A DNA stretch of 64,000 nt from Tubiluchus corallicola. Its lineage: Eukaryota > Animalia > Priapulida. Below are positions 39,901-54,900 of this stretch, one piece after another. Location of the stretch: positions 186,001 to 250,000 of the forward strand of contig JAQGDQ010000278.1 in the NCBI GenBank assembly GCA_030141605.1. The letters run 5' to 3'. The translations under genes were made by a program, and so were the position numbers. Under the pieces are notes generated by a model that was not told where the DNA came from, made no database searches, and saw only the letters and a list, made by a program, of their open reading frames with translations. The first letter of the stretch is position 1. Each line of letters begins with the position of its first letter.

Positions 39901-42900
39901 AACTGTAGGGTGTAGGAACGAATGATAATTAAGAGTTCCCGAAAGCATCTTCCTCAAAAAATGTGATAAAAAGACTTTATGAAGCAATAGACCTTTTACG
40001 AGCAAAACAGCAGGATATTATAGAACTGTGAAGAACATCAAAATTTATTTCATAAACAAATTGCAATTTATTTGTGACTAATATGTGTAAGAGGTATGAC
40101 AATATAAAAGTCATTAGGCAGTGTGATGCAGTCTATGTCTTAGGGTAAAGCATTATGTTAGCCTGTAATGATGTTAGCCTATAAGCCTGGCCACACACCT
40201 AAACATTCTAAAGTTCTGATAAACATAGTCAATGATTAACGAAAACACATCAGCAGTGGGGAGCAAGAACAGCAAAAGCCATACTGTCTACACCAGGAAG
40301 AAGAACATTATTTCCCAAGCAATAAATGCTGTCCTCGGAATGGTTTGAAATGTTGTGTTGATATTTGACAGCAGGATAACAGGGCTGTAATTGGCAGATC
40401 AGTTACTTCGCCTTTAGGTGCAAGGATAAGCAAAGCTAATTTTCTCGAAGTCTGATTAAACGTTTACTAGGTAATACCAAATAACGAAAAGCACGTAGTC
40501 AAAATTGAAGAAAGAAGCAGGCCCCAGCTTATCAGTTTCAAAGATTTTAAGTGGTTCTGTCCACCAGATTTGATAGACCCAATCTAGGGTCCATTGACTA
40601 GAAATTGCCTATCTTGCACCTTACAGACACCAACAATTAAATCAATGGTTAAATAATATGTAATTTACAACTTAAAATATAAAAATTACAAAAACAGCTT
40701 ATTATGCAAGTTAGCTATATAATTATAAGTAGTTATAGTCATATTTAGCACTACAGAACATAATTTAAATACTTACCCAGCTTCATTATAATAAGGCTCG
40801 GCGACTAGAATTAAACCCTGAATAGAGAGAAGCACTTGGAGCAAATTTGAACTTTTTGTCCACATCTCAGTACCCTGTAATAGTTTTAAATTTTTACGAA
40901 CAGTAGATTCAGATAAAAAAATAATATAGTACACTGCATTTGGACAGAAATAAAAATAATTAATCTTATTTCAATCAAGGGCAACAGTTAGACAAAGTTA
41001 AACAGATCTAAACCTAAAGTTCAAGTGTAATAAAATTATGACATTTGAAGAATGTGTTGGATTTTTCTTACACTGCACAAAAATACAAAAACTATTGTTC
41101 CCTATAACGTTCCCTGGTGAACGATGCTGTCAAAAGCTAAATTGCTTCATGCAGTTCAAAGTGATACTGATTATTTAAAAAATATCATTGGCAAAACTAT
41201 AAGAAGTAAGCAGATTGTCCATTACATTTTACTTTTCCAAAAATGAAAGTGAAAGAACAATATTTTTCAACTAGTAAGGCAGTATGCAAGTAATGTGAAT
41301 AGCAAAATAATATGGCTGCCTTCTAAAATCACAAGAGACGTGGTTAGGAAATTTTCCAGAATGAAACGCACGGAGGAAGCTTGTTTAAGTAAATGTCAAA
41401 TACAGTAGGTGCCGCTTAATAGACTCATGAGTTAATGGACTCAATCGCTTAATTGACTCAAAAACGTCTGGTACGGGCCGCTTCTATTCAAATGTACACG
41501 AAAACTGTCGGCAAACAACTCTGCATAACTGACTCAATATTTTTGCTTCACATAATTAAAATAAGACATTTGTACGGGCCCAAAGAGCTTTTACTACTCT
41601 TATGTTATCTTTGCATCCATTTTGTGGACTATACCATATGTAAAAACAATCATGTTAAGATACCGTTTTGTTTCTAAGTAGGTACGTTTATCATGCGCTA
41701 ATACGCTAGGGTAGCAGTTTTGCTTTGAATCTGTTACCCACTCGTCCACTGCAACTTACCTCATTACCCAAGTATCTCTGGAAGCTAAACGCTTAATCAC
41801 TTGTCTAGCGGTTTCCCTTTGAAGCTCTTTTTGCAAATCACACTTTCAGGCTTAATCAGTTAACAGTCAAAGATGCAGGTACAGTAATCAGTTAGTATCA
41901 GACGAAACCACTAGCGATTTTCAACGCTTTTATAATTATGAGAACTTTGTGAGTCAACTTCTTTGCGAGAAAATAAAGCAACTTACTTTCAAGGAACTTT
42001 TGTAATTTTTGCAAATAAATAGACTTGTGTGATTTAGAAAAATATACTTTTTAATTTATTGTTAATTCACTAATATAAATTAATATTTTTTAAATTTTTA
42101 ACTGCAAAAAGGAATTTAGGCATTACTTCGTTTCTAATATTCATTAAAGATCTTTGCAGTGTGTACTAAGCTGATGCCTCATACTTCTGCACCAGTGATA
42201 CTACAGCTATCGGTTAAAACGTTCAGTCGGTTAATTGGGTCAAAACACTTCGGTCCCAAAGTAAGTCTATTAAGCGGCGCCTACTGTAACTTTTAACTTT
42301 GCAAAAAATGAACTAAAGTAACATGGATAAAGGCCAAACTACTGTACATACTCGCATATAAGCCGAATTTAGAACTATAAAATACAATACTGAAATCAGG
42401 GGGTCGGCTTATATGCGCATGAAACAAAATGAACACAAGGACAGACACTAATGCCAATTTTCCAGCCACACATTTTCATCGCTATCTGACTCTTTATTTG
42501 GTTGTGTGTCACCAGTGGTGTATTGGAGGGGGATCGTGGGGGATCGCCGTCCACCCACTTTTTTTTTTTTAGAAAAAATTCACATTTCAATAAATGTCTG
42601 CTTTTTGTATTCATTAGATAAAAAAATATTAAAAATGTATACGGGTTTAATATTAAATCTACTTGTTTTCATTTTTTCAAAAAAACGGTTTTAAATAATG
42701 TCAATTTCTTTCAAATTTGTGAATGTAAAATTGTAAGTCTTGAGACTAGCCGTCCACCTACTTTTTATTTAGCAATACACCACTGTGTGTCACCAGTTGC
42801 GAGCCGTAACCAAGCCGACGTCATCAGCCAATTGGTAGGCAGCGCGTGGGGAGACGAGGGTCACGTAGCTTATAGAAGAACAGCAAACCAATGAAGGCAA

Positions 42901-45900
42901 ACTGAGGCAAACGTGAGCACGCGGCCACAGAATTTAAAAGTGTGCTGAATTTTGATAATTTTAGTTGTAAAATTTCTATGAACCAAAAATACCCAATTAA
43001 CAAAATGTGACAAAAAGGGATTAATTTTGTTGATTGGGTATCGAGTAAAATTAGACAAGTTGATGGTCGGCTTATATACGGGTTTTTGCAAAAACTGGCC
43101 ATTTTAAAGCAGTTTTAGGGGGTCGGCTTATATGCGATGTAGGCTTATATGCGAGTATATACGGTTAGTATTTTTAATAATGACTAAGTCATAACAGGCA
43201 GTTTCGGTAAATTAGAACAGCACATAAATTGTACAGTATGTCCTCGCCTAACGACGCTAATGCATTCTAGCAAAATGCAACGTTAAGCGAAACATCGTTA
43301 AACGAAGCCAAGACTTCCATAGAAAAAAAATGTAGAGGAATTGAAATATGTTCTAAAGGCAAAAATCAATGCCAGTTAAATCATATAAATTAAACGTTTT
43401 ATGAGTTTTTGCTCATAACGCAATATGCACTGTTTTAATGTATCAAATTAGGTAAAAAAGTTCTTGATAAAATAAAAGCTGGCTTTTTACAAAGTAAAAA
43501 CTTATCATCAAAACGAAACTTCGCTCAAAGTTATTAAGCGAGGACTTACTGTATATTACTTAAATGGAAGTAAATAAAGAACAGATTACAGTTGCATCAT
43601 AATATATGGGAACGCATTACAAGTCTTTTCGGTCTAAATGCAGACAAAATAAAACATGTAAGGTACGACAAACCTTTCCCGACCAAGTTCCAAGTAAACT
43701 AACACAAACTGTGCCATCTTCGTAAAGGTTTGGATTGAGTCGATCAGCAGTATATGATATGTAATGAAAAAGAGGTGGTCTGCTAGGATAGCTATCGGAC
43801 AGTCGGATATCAAAAAAGAACAGCCCATCTTCGTATGGTGTTTTCGCTGGGCCCACAATCATTGCAGAAAAAAGGTCGATGCGATCTTCAAACCCTTTCA
43901 TGATAATCCCATTTGGTAGATTGCAGAACAGCGTAGACTATGAGCAAACAATAAGAAATTCCAATGATAATTTTAATAAAAAAGAAAAACATGACACCTA
44001 TCTACCAGCATTTACTAATTACACAAATTTTGTGCAACATTTTAGCAATAAAATTTGCTAATGATAGGTCATGATTTCTATAAAACACAGCATATAACAT
44101 CATGTTCTTGCTACAGTTGCATTGCCAAATTCTGTTGGAAAGCACATTATAGAGCCAAGTGCAAATTTTATTATTTTTTATTTAATTTAATATAATTTAA
44201 GTTATTAACACTCAATTGGAATTTATAGACAATGTACAAATATATAACAATACTATACATTACAACACAATAAAAAATTACATTAAAATAAATAAAATTT
44301 TTGAGTAACACAATTAGGAGACACAAAGAGAATAAGTGCTTACATATGTCTCTTATATTTGAGAAGTATGCGTTAGAATATAGAAAATCGAAAAGTAGAA
44401 ATTGGGTGTAAAGGCCTTAGAGCCGGGCTATTCTAAATGGGGTTGAGTCTCATAGAAACAGTTATCACTGAATTTAAGTAAATACTGCGACCAAGGCCGA
44501 ATTATCCTATAGGCTAGTATAGGCTGCAGCCTAGGGCTCCTCAAGATTGAGGGCCCTCGAGCTTTGGTAACATTTAGTAAAAAATCTGTTTTTCCATTAT
44601 GGTTGTGTTGAAATATGTGATAATTCTGTTTGCAATAAATAGTAAAACAGTGGTATTTCTTACAGAATATTTTTAATGACAAGTAAAAGATTGCAATTCT
44701 AGTTTATTTAAAGATTTGTAATAAGTTCACTTCAATTTGTACAAATGTTGCTAAATTATATCACAAGTAAAAATATTCAAGATGGAGTTAGAGGGTGGCT
44801 TCGTCTGAGGAGGCCCATAATTTCATTAGCCTAGGGGCAACAAACACCATAATCCGACCCAGACTGCAGTATCCTCTGGCAAGTCATCTTCAGTGTATTA
44901 GGTTTGTTTTTGCACACTAGAAAAGGATGCCAAGACAGAAATACATTTATCCATTGATGTCTTTATTTGTTTATACATGGTACACTGCTCTATATATGGA
45001 CAGTTGTGGCAGGACCAGAGACTAGTTAATTATCAACACTAATCTTCTGAGATGAGAAATTTTTTTTGGATATTTAATGCAGCCTACCTCAATGAGTGTA
45101 ACAGCCAGAATTAGTGACTAAAACCACATGTAATGAAGTTGCAAATCACAGTCGCTAAGGATACACTGTGACCACTTCGCTATCTGCTTGCCAAAATAGT
45201 GCCTTCTGAATAACACAGAACATCAGTTCTACTTCTTCAAAGTTAGACTAACTCACCTCATTTTTTACAGCAGCCAGAAATGATTTTCTGTTAAATGGTT
45301 GTGAAATGCTATTCTTAAATCTGTGTGAATCAGGTGTGGTCTCCAAGATGCTGTATTCTGCAAAAAGAAAAAACATTCAAAAGAATAAAACTACTCGTGT
45401 CTACGGTGGAATATACTAACAGTTTGTTAGTAGCAGTGGTGGTGGTGGTGGCGGCAGCGGTGGCAGCAGCAGTAGCAGTAGTCGTAGTAGTAGTAGTAGA
45501 GTAGAGCGGCAGTAGCAGTAGTAGTAATTGTAGTAGTACTAGTACCAGTAGTAGTAGTACTAGTATCAGTAGTAGTAGTAGCAGTAGCAGCAGTAGTAGT
45601 AGCAGTAGCAGCAGCAGTAGTAGTAGCAGTAGTAGCAGCAGCAGCAGCAGTAGTAGTAAAAATTTTTATTTGCCTTTAAAACCACTGACCAATCATACTT
45701 TCAACATTGCAGGATGAGAGAGATGCGAGAAGCTTGCGCACTAAATTTGAGGACACAACAGATTCTTTACTGTTCCAGCTGTAGTGCTTTATGTAAAGAA
45801 TTGCTCTGTACTACTCATTGTGTATACTCAGTGCTCTGTATACTCACGGTGGCCTACATCATTATATTCATTAAGGCGTTAGAAACCCATTCAAGATAAA

Positions 45901-48900
45901 CCTATGCATCGGGGGTTCAATGAATGACGCTATTATAATAATTTCATTTAGGACATAGTCCAGGGATAACACCTTAAGTAACTTAATACTTATTTTCAGG
46001 GTGGTCCCGATTATTATTAACTACATGTTTCTTCGATAAACCTGTGTGCTTGGTCGAAGAACCAGTGGTACCACTTTTTAAGTCTTTGGTATGACTCGGT
46101 CGGGAGTTGAACTTGCAACCTCTCGGGGCAGGGAGGTAAGCGAGCACGCTGCCATTGAGCTACACCACCCGGTACCAATTTTAACAAAAATGTAACTCTA
46201 GCTTTTTTTCCACCAACATCTTCAAATGCTTTTAATCACAACACTGAGAAGGGAAAGGCAATTTATAGTCTATAGTCTATCTATAGTCTCTGTAGATTTC
46301 TTTAATAACAATGTGAATCCCGAATTTAAATTTTGAAATAGTAAATTGCAAACTCTAAATAAAGACTATCTCGCAAACGGTGACGAGGATAGGCTCTCTA
46401 AAAACTGAAGTGATGTGAATATTAACAAAAATATAAACTATGTATAAATTATACCATACATAAAATACGAACCTTCATGTTGACTGCCTCTTTCTAAAGG
46501 CACATTTTCGCTGTCTGCTCGTTTGTTGGTTGCTCTTGCATCTGGAGTTTGAGTGAATTCATCAGCAGATCTTCTATTGACTTCATCTCTCATCAGAAGA
46601 AGCTGTCCTTCTAACAGTACCAGTAGTGCTGATATTTGTTTGTAATCTGTGCCGGTGTTATCAATGACTGTCCCTGTTTTGCCAGATTGTTTTACTTCGT
46701 CTGAAAGCTCTTTTTTAAGAATTGGCGTATTCTGACTGTCCCCTGATTGACAGTCATTCACGGATGCAGCACCGATGCACGAAGCATCATCAGAACCAGT
46801 AACATTGAGATTTTCTGTTGTTGTGTCAACTTCTTCTTCTTGCGAGGAATCCTTAGGATGAGAATTGTTTGCTGTTTTAAGTACATCCTGGAGATTCTGC
46901 ACAAAACGACTTGTCAAATTTCTGTGCATCAAGAGTTTTAACTCTCTGATTTGTCGCTCAAAAATATTCTTGTCGAAAAAGTGCGTTTTCAGTGCCCTGA
47001 AAACATACAAAAAACTATCATTTGCATTTTGTTTGTTTGAAAAGACCAGATCAATGCAAGGTGGCAAATAATTAACTAAACAAGCTAAAATTGAGCTCTT
47101 CATAAATGATTTAAAATTGGTAATAGTTATCAAGATATCTGGTTAACAAGAGGCAATAAAAACCAATACAGCATAACACTTCAGTTAATATTTTGTGGTG
47201 AGATGTTACTGATATATTTTATATACATCATAATATACAATCTTATTTCTGTTGAAAAGGCAATCGCATGCTAAAAACTAAGTTTTTCCATACCTGTCCA
47301 TATAACAACATTTCCTATATATGTCAAATATTTTTTCAGGTACATTATCATTGTATTCTCCACCCTTGAGAAAATCCCTCGCTATAGCAAGTTGCCTATT
47401 TACATCTGTTAGCTCAACTCTTTCCAAAGGTTCAGCATTGAAACATGAATCTCCGGCGGGAAATCTAAACAATATGAATGTATGAAAAGACCGTGTACTC
47501 GTTTATTTCAATATGGTCAGTGTGGAGATTAGTTTAGTTTAGTTTATTTGTCATCATTTATCATAATTACAGCACACATAGCATAAAATTACAATGTATA
47601 AAAATTTATATAAACAAGAATAAGCCATGTAGAACATACAGCGACAAGCATTACAAGTTGCACAAAATTTATTAAAATGAGTTCAAACTTATGTTTGGAA
47701 ATTAAAAAAATTATATATCTAAAACTGATCTTGAATCTCTCTGTTCTGCATCTAGGTAAATGGTATTTCAGATGGTGGTGAGTACTATATCTATGAGTAT
47801 ATGAGCATCTGGCACTAGAGTGTGAATTACATTATTAGGATTTCGAATTGAAAAGAACAACATTTTGCAAAAATTGACCTTGACCTTGTACTTACACTTC
47901 TTCATTATCACTGACAGATTTTTCAGATTCGGTTTCCCAGCTGTCTTCTGACTCTTCATCAAAAGGAATAACAGAATCCTGAAAAAAATTTCCTAAATTA
48001 ACAGAAAACAAGTTTTGGGGGCAAACCAAGAAAATAAGTTTGTTTTTGTTTCCTAGTTGTGGCGATCAAAGCCAAATGTACCAATAGCTTTAGGCAAAAA
48101 AGATGAATGTGCATGAGAGGAAATAAGAGTAACAACACAATATTCTAGAATGCTGGTTTTTAAAAAGGAGAACAATTATATGGATGCAAAAGCTGCAAGC
48201 TTTCTTTTCTACTTTGAATGTAAAACATTCTTCTACATTAAATAATGAACTCATGTTCATTTCATAATATCACCTTCTTAGTTAAAATTTTGTTTGGGCT
48301 CTTCAGAAGATAAGTTAAAGTTTTCTTCACGCAGCAAAAACCTGTCTCTTTATAAACCACAAAAAACAAAAGGCTAGAAAATATACAATGCAAAGGATCC
48401 CTAATTAAATTAAATTAAATCACGTAATATAAGAATTTTATTTTAATTGGTTATTCAGATACAAGTACATGTAGTCGCAAGTAACAGAACAGAAACTTGC
48501 AAGAAAGACAACATCTCCCTTTTGTCGTAATGAGTTGCCTACAGAAAAAGTAAATTGCATCAGTTTAAACAATTCTAACATGTCAATCAAAACTAGGGCA
48601 GCTGGAATTTTATAGGCCTGCAAACAGTGTAGCTACTGCAATAAAATTATGAATCTATATTTTTTATCTTTTAGTAAATAAATAATGTAGGTACAACTAT
48701 GAGCAACAAAACTCAAAAAATGGTTGATCAATATAAGCAACGAATTATTGATTTGTGTTTCTGGAACATAACTAAACCTTCTACACTATATCCTACAGAA
48801 AGTATAACTTCATTTAACAATGTTTCACTAATAAGTATGTTTTGCTGGAACTTTCATAACACACTAGTAACGTATTTAATAAATAAAAGTTAATAACGAC

Positions 48901-51900
48901 AAGTTTTTAAGTTACAAGTAAAATGATGGTATGACGGAAACTAGATAGAAAGTTATTACTGTCTTTAATACAAAAAAAAAGAATTACTGGGTTTTGAACT
49001 CACCTCTGTGATGATGTAAACGTCTTGAGGCCAGCAAGCGCAAGTAGTTCCATTGGTCCATGACATCAGAAGTTGGCCATTGGGTTGATTATCTATTATC
49101 TGTCCTGCACAGCAACCAGAAAGATGCTATAAACAATAAAAAAACTATTGATCTCGTTTTATAACAAAATTTTTCTTGGTGATTTACTCTTGGTCTGCTG
49201 CTGGCAAAAGCTGACATCGATATCTCTTACTGTAGAAAAAAAAATCAATCTGGAACTGTAAAACTTTACACAAGTGGTTTTGACTGAAATTTTCACATGG
49301 TAGAAAAGATTCATACAATTACAGAAATATTCAAAGCTACAGAGTGTTACTATAATACAGCCCCTAATCTGACCAATTTCAGTATTTGACATTTATCCAC
49401 AATATACTGTGAAAGTAACCACACTATTGAAATATATTGACTGCGTATTTACTAGCTATCAGAACTGTATTTTTACTATACACTTGGACTTTAACAACGT
49501 TTATGATATGAAGTTGTGTATGACCTCAAAATATTTTTAGCAAAGCATTTGATTAATCACAGTGTGATTAGTGACATGATATTCTTATATAGGGAGTATT
49601 TAAATTCTATTTATTCAAAAAATGTGGTAAAAATAAACAATAGTTTAGACATTAAATTAAAAACAATTGTATGGATACCAAAACAAAATTTAGTATTATT
49701 GAGTGTGCTTATCAATCTTTGTAATGTCACTCCTTAATTTTCCATACAGCAGGAAATTATTGTAAATGCCTGACAAGCTAGTATTATATTTTGTCTATGC
49801 CACATGATGCATATAATAATCCCATGCAGTTCAATTAATACCCTTAATCCATTAGAATCAGTAAAAAACAATGGCATACAGGTAAATCAACTATGCAGAC
49901 AGCACATTCTCCCGTCCGGTATGCAGACAGCACCTGATGGTCTTTGATGTCGTAAACACTGACTGTTGACTTTCGGACAACTTTCGGAGCTTTGCCAAAT
50001 CCGGTAGTAAAGCTCATCCACTGTATGTCAGCCATTCGTCCACGAAAGTCCACCTTCTGGACTACTCCGAACTCAATATCACTTTCTGAAAAACAATTTT
50101 ACACTGTGACAGCGCTTAAAGATAACAATAACTTCATGAACCAAATGAATAAAACAATATGGGAATACTCACCATTTTTCACTTCTGAGACAAAATCACC
50201 AGGAAAAAATTCATGATCATCTAGATGGAGAATTGGATATAAATCTGTTGATGACACGTTTTGTGTTACTTTGCCATCCTATAAACGAATGTAAATTGAA
50301 TCAACAAAGCAAATCCTCTAAAATGAAACAATGAACTGGCAAGCTTTCTTTGTAGCGTTGGGTCAGCCCCTTATACAACAAATATTTCAAAATTCTGAAA
50401 ACAAAATGAGTGGAATGCGATAAATAAATATAATTACACTGAAAGATAACTGAACTAATTATATGAAACATCATTAAACCAATTGGTGATGTGGAAAATG
50501 AATTTTTAAAATGAAAATAATAGCCAGCGCCCGCTTAAGCAAATATATGGCTTTTATTTAAACACAAACAACACAGGTATTGATTTGCAAATTTAAGAAA
50601 CTCTTTTGATAAAAAACTTCAACCAGAGCTTAATTATCAGCTTCTCTGCCCCTGCTACAATTTTTAAATGGTCTTTGTAGCTGCTCGTTTACTGCGTGTT
50701 TTCACATTTTGTGCAAAGGCTTCTCTTATTACCACCCATTGGCATTAGTCAGAGAATGAACTGCGTTCGAGTAACGTAATTTTTTTTTCTGCCATATGGC
50801 ATTGTACTACATGATCTGTAAGTTAACAATTTAGCATTTGTTTTGTTTGCTTTTCATTCTGCAGATTTTGTAATTTTCACACACTATGTTTTGATTAGTG
50901 AAATGCTACGTGATCATGATCATGTTATTGTCGAAACCTTGCAGAGGAGCAGATGTTTGTGTTTGAGTAAAAGCTATGTCTTTGTGTAAGTGGTTATTTT
51001 AATTATTACACCAATAAAAATTTAAACAAGTATTAACACAATTTAAATTTACACAATTTATACAAATTACTTTTAGTATCAGAGAGTTGTCTAAAATTTA
51101 CGATTTCTTACAAAGCCAATAAAAAAATAAAAATTGAAAATATTTGTTGACTTTATATCAGTGCCATTAGAACTGAGAATTTTTTTAAAGCCTTGGAGAA
51201 TTTCCATGTGCAGCCTACGAACTATTGTTAATGATGCATATTGTCTATAAATACTTTTATGTAATCCTACTGTACAAAACATACATTCACATTATAACTT
51301 GAAAATTTAAACTCCTGCATTGGGTACTAAATGTAGCCATTTTAACAAAAAAAATTTCTGCTTGTAAATTTAAATGAATTACATTAATACATTTACTTTG
51401 TGTAAAAACCAGGCAAATTATCAGCAGTAGGCAAGCCACTGGTATGGCAAAAATAAATTAAACAAATGTTACTAATTTGGCAATCTTAGCTACTGATGTA
51501 TCAGTATCATGGTATTATAATATTAAGCACAACATTTTAAGTACTGAGCAAGAATGCTGTCACCTGATAAAACTTTGTTTTACAATTTTTTAAAAATATA
51601 TTTTAAACTTTATTGATTTTTTCCCTTTGAAGAACACAGCTTAAATGTGCTTGAAATATTTAAATGATCGTTTAAAATCATGAGATGTATTTTGCGCCAC
51701 TGTAAGAAAAGCCATTAAATAAAAATTACTGACATTCTGCCAGCCATTTGTTCGAGTTACTTCAGTCAAAGTTCTCCTAATGCAAGAAGCTTTAGAGTAT
51801 GTCACTGCTTAGAACTTTCATTAAAACAATAGAAAATGTTTAACATTACGATCGTACCTGCCAAACGATTTCTACAAGGGTTTTTACTTTAGTCACTTCT

Positions 51901-54900
51901 ACACAGACTTTGCTTCCAGGTTTCAGTTGTAAGTTAGAGTAGGAAGCTTGCTTAGGTTTCCTGGTTTTATTTTTTCCACGTCTTGCTTTAGCAGAGTTTG
52001 ACAGTTTTCTCAGACTTTTCAAACTCTTTTCACCTTCTTTGGTTGTTGTTTTAGTCTGTCTCAAAGGCTTAACCTCATCTTCCAAATCCAGTTTAGCAAG
52101 ATTCACTTCAGGAGTTTCGCATTGCTTGTTGCTTTGTTTGCCACTGCTTTCAGCAGGTTTGATATGCTCGCCAAATTCCACAGTCGCAGATGATTCACCG
52201 GGTTTACTACTGTCCTCATTTTCATCCTCTGCATCCGCTTCATCACATTTTTCATTCTTCACAACCAAATTCAATGACGCATTAGGTAACTTACTCGGCA
52301 AGTTTGCCAAAACTTTCGCTTTTTCTGACGAATTCGCTATATCTTCACGGTTTACAACGTAATAGCATCGATCACCAAGCTGCAGACGACACGTTTCAAA
52401 GGAACTCACAAGCTTCATCCTGAAAACATTTAATGAACTGACAAAGCCTATTAAATCAAGTACAAATTAGTGGAACACATAACAGTAGGTACATGTCAAA
52501 AGTTGCATGGAGCTACTTAAGAAAGTAACAAGTTCTAATTAATTGGAAAAGCTGAGTATGCCTGGTAGGTCTACATTGGTTCCTGTTAAAAATCGAATAC
52601 AGACTGTAATGAAGGAAAAATGGAATGAAACGCATTCTGTACTTGAATGAAAAAATTGCAATGATATAAAAACATATTTATTCAGTGCTACTGCAAAAAT
52701 TTTCCAAGTTTTTGTTAATCTACCTATGGACCAAAAATTTATTTTGCTGCTAAAAGGTGGTGATTTTGAAATAACAAATTATTGCCAAAATTCGTTACCG
52801 AGTGTCTTATAAGATGAAATTTACAAAATTCAGCTTATCTGTTGTCTTACTTAATAGTGTAAGGTATCTAATGTAGACTGTAATTCTAATATTTTTTTTA
52901 AATGTAGTTTACCAGAATCCTGAATATAATGCTATGTTCTAATCTATGGCTGCAGTATAATTGTTTTGAAAATCATACACGACTGCACAGAAACAGCAAT
53001 AGTTTATTTAAATGACAAGACAATGATTCTTTAGCCCACGGTACCAAGCCCTATTACATACCTCTCTAAATCACTTCCCTCAATTACATAACTTGGAGGA
53101 ACAACGTCTATCAAATTGCGGTTATCCTCACAGAAACTTCGACAATACCAGTGTACTTCTACAGACACCAGCTTCACCTTTAAGCAAGAAAGTGTTTTAT
53201 TAAAATATAGTAAGCAGCGCTCAGAACAATTTTATCTTGACAAATTTTCTTTGCAAACATCAATTGTCTTTTAAATGACCTAGGTCAATCAGGCTGAGAA
53301 AAAAATAAGAAAAAAAGAATAAGTGGGAGTGGCCTGATGAGTGAAGATGAACTTGACAATAATAGCCATATTTAGTTACTAACTGTAGGTATCTGACCAG
53401 ATGTTAGTTTGCACAAAATGTTTTTAAGTAACCCAGGCACAGTAGGTAACCCATAACATACACCTAAACGAGTATTAACGTAAACTATATTAACATATAT
53501 AGTTTAGGCCTATATACCTTCCATAGAAAATAGTGTGTAGGCCCGAAGATGCACCCCAGGTATTGCAAATGCAATATCAGTAATATTATATGAAAAGATG
53601 AAATAACGCTGGACAGCGGACATGCAGTAAATAATTCTTCTACAGGCCTTTTCTTTTCTTTGTTTGCATATGATTACACAAACTCAAACCTTTAACAGAC
53701 TTAAAATGTAAATAAATTGGCACTGAGTACTGAGACTGATCTTCTCTTATGTTCCAGTCATGAACTGTTAACTCAGAAAAACTCAGTCTGTGTGAGATCA
53801 CTGCAAGGCTAGCAACACAACTCACAAAACTCTGTAATGCAACATTTAATAGACTCACTGTTAATAGAATCAGTCGCTTAAATTCCTAATGCAGATATTT
53901 AAAAACATTAATTTATAAAGTGAATTAATAAAAAAAAGAAAATGAAAAAGTTTACATTTCTAAATCACACAAGTCTTTTTATTTACAAAAATTCATTTAA
54001 GGTCAGCTGCTTCATTTTTTTTCAAAGTTGGGTCACAAAGTTCTCACTTCGAAGTCGCAAAGAATATTGGCAGATTACAGTACCTGCATCCATGGCATAA
54101 CAGTAACAGTTAACTGATTAAATGTTCTGTGCTGGATCAAAACATTTCCATCCCAGTGTGAGACAAAAAAATGACAAGCAAGCTACAAACAGTTACGGCA
54201 GTACTGCATCACACAAATTACCTCTTCAACAACGACAACAAGTTTTGCCTTCGGCTTTTTCCTTGTTGCTTCCATCTCACTAGTAACACAAATCCAACGG
54301 GCATCCTCGAAATCTGACACGCAACCGCCAAGTTGTTGACCGACATAGAAGTCTTCATTTGCGAACTCGCTGTCTTCATCACGTTGTTCTTTCACATCTT
54401 CCAGTTTGTCCAATGCTGATGTCCCAGGCATGCTGAGTCTGTAAAAAAAAACGAAACTGTTGTGGAAATTTTTTTGTAGGTATATGCCAACCATTGCCCT
54501 CTGTTGTAAAGAAATCACAAGATCAAAACAATGAGTAAATATGTCGAAATAAGTGAATGTTCGACATCTTGACAAAATTGAGGCTGATAAACAGTTGAAA
54601 TAAAACACACCTAACTGTCCTCTATACTTAAACAGAATATCACAGAATACTACACATTAAAATTATTTCAACTTTTATTTTTATAAAATTTTACGGAATC
54701 TGCGGAATTGCTCAAATCTCATGAAAATGCTCACATAACTGCAATGCAAAAGAGATGGAAATGTGTTACACGTCTACTTTCCATGAGCGCTAACACACAA
54801 AAGGGACGAACAATTGCATCTTCACTCGAAAACGTGCGTGACCGACACATACAAAGACACGCCATCGAATTTTGTAATTTTGTACGCTAGTATGGCTGTT

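Noticed and set aside
46095-46174. tRNA gene
   Set aside because: A and B boxes are present, but the acceptor and anticodon stems do not pair well and a SINE body and tail follow.
52039-52362. Plus-strand ORFs such as 52039-52362, 46747-47071, 37646-37987 and 5140-5331
   Set aside because: They are antisense shadows of real minus-strand exons.
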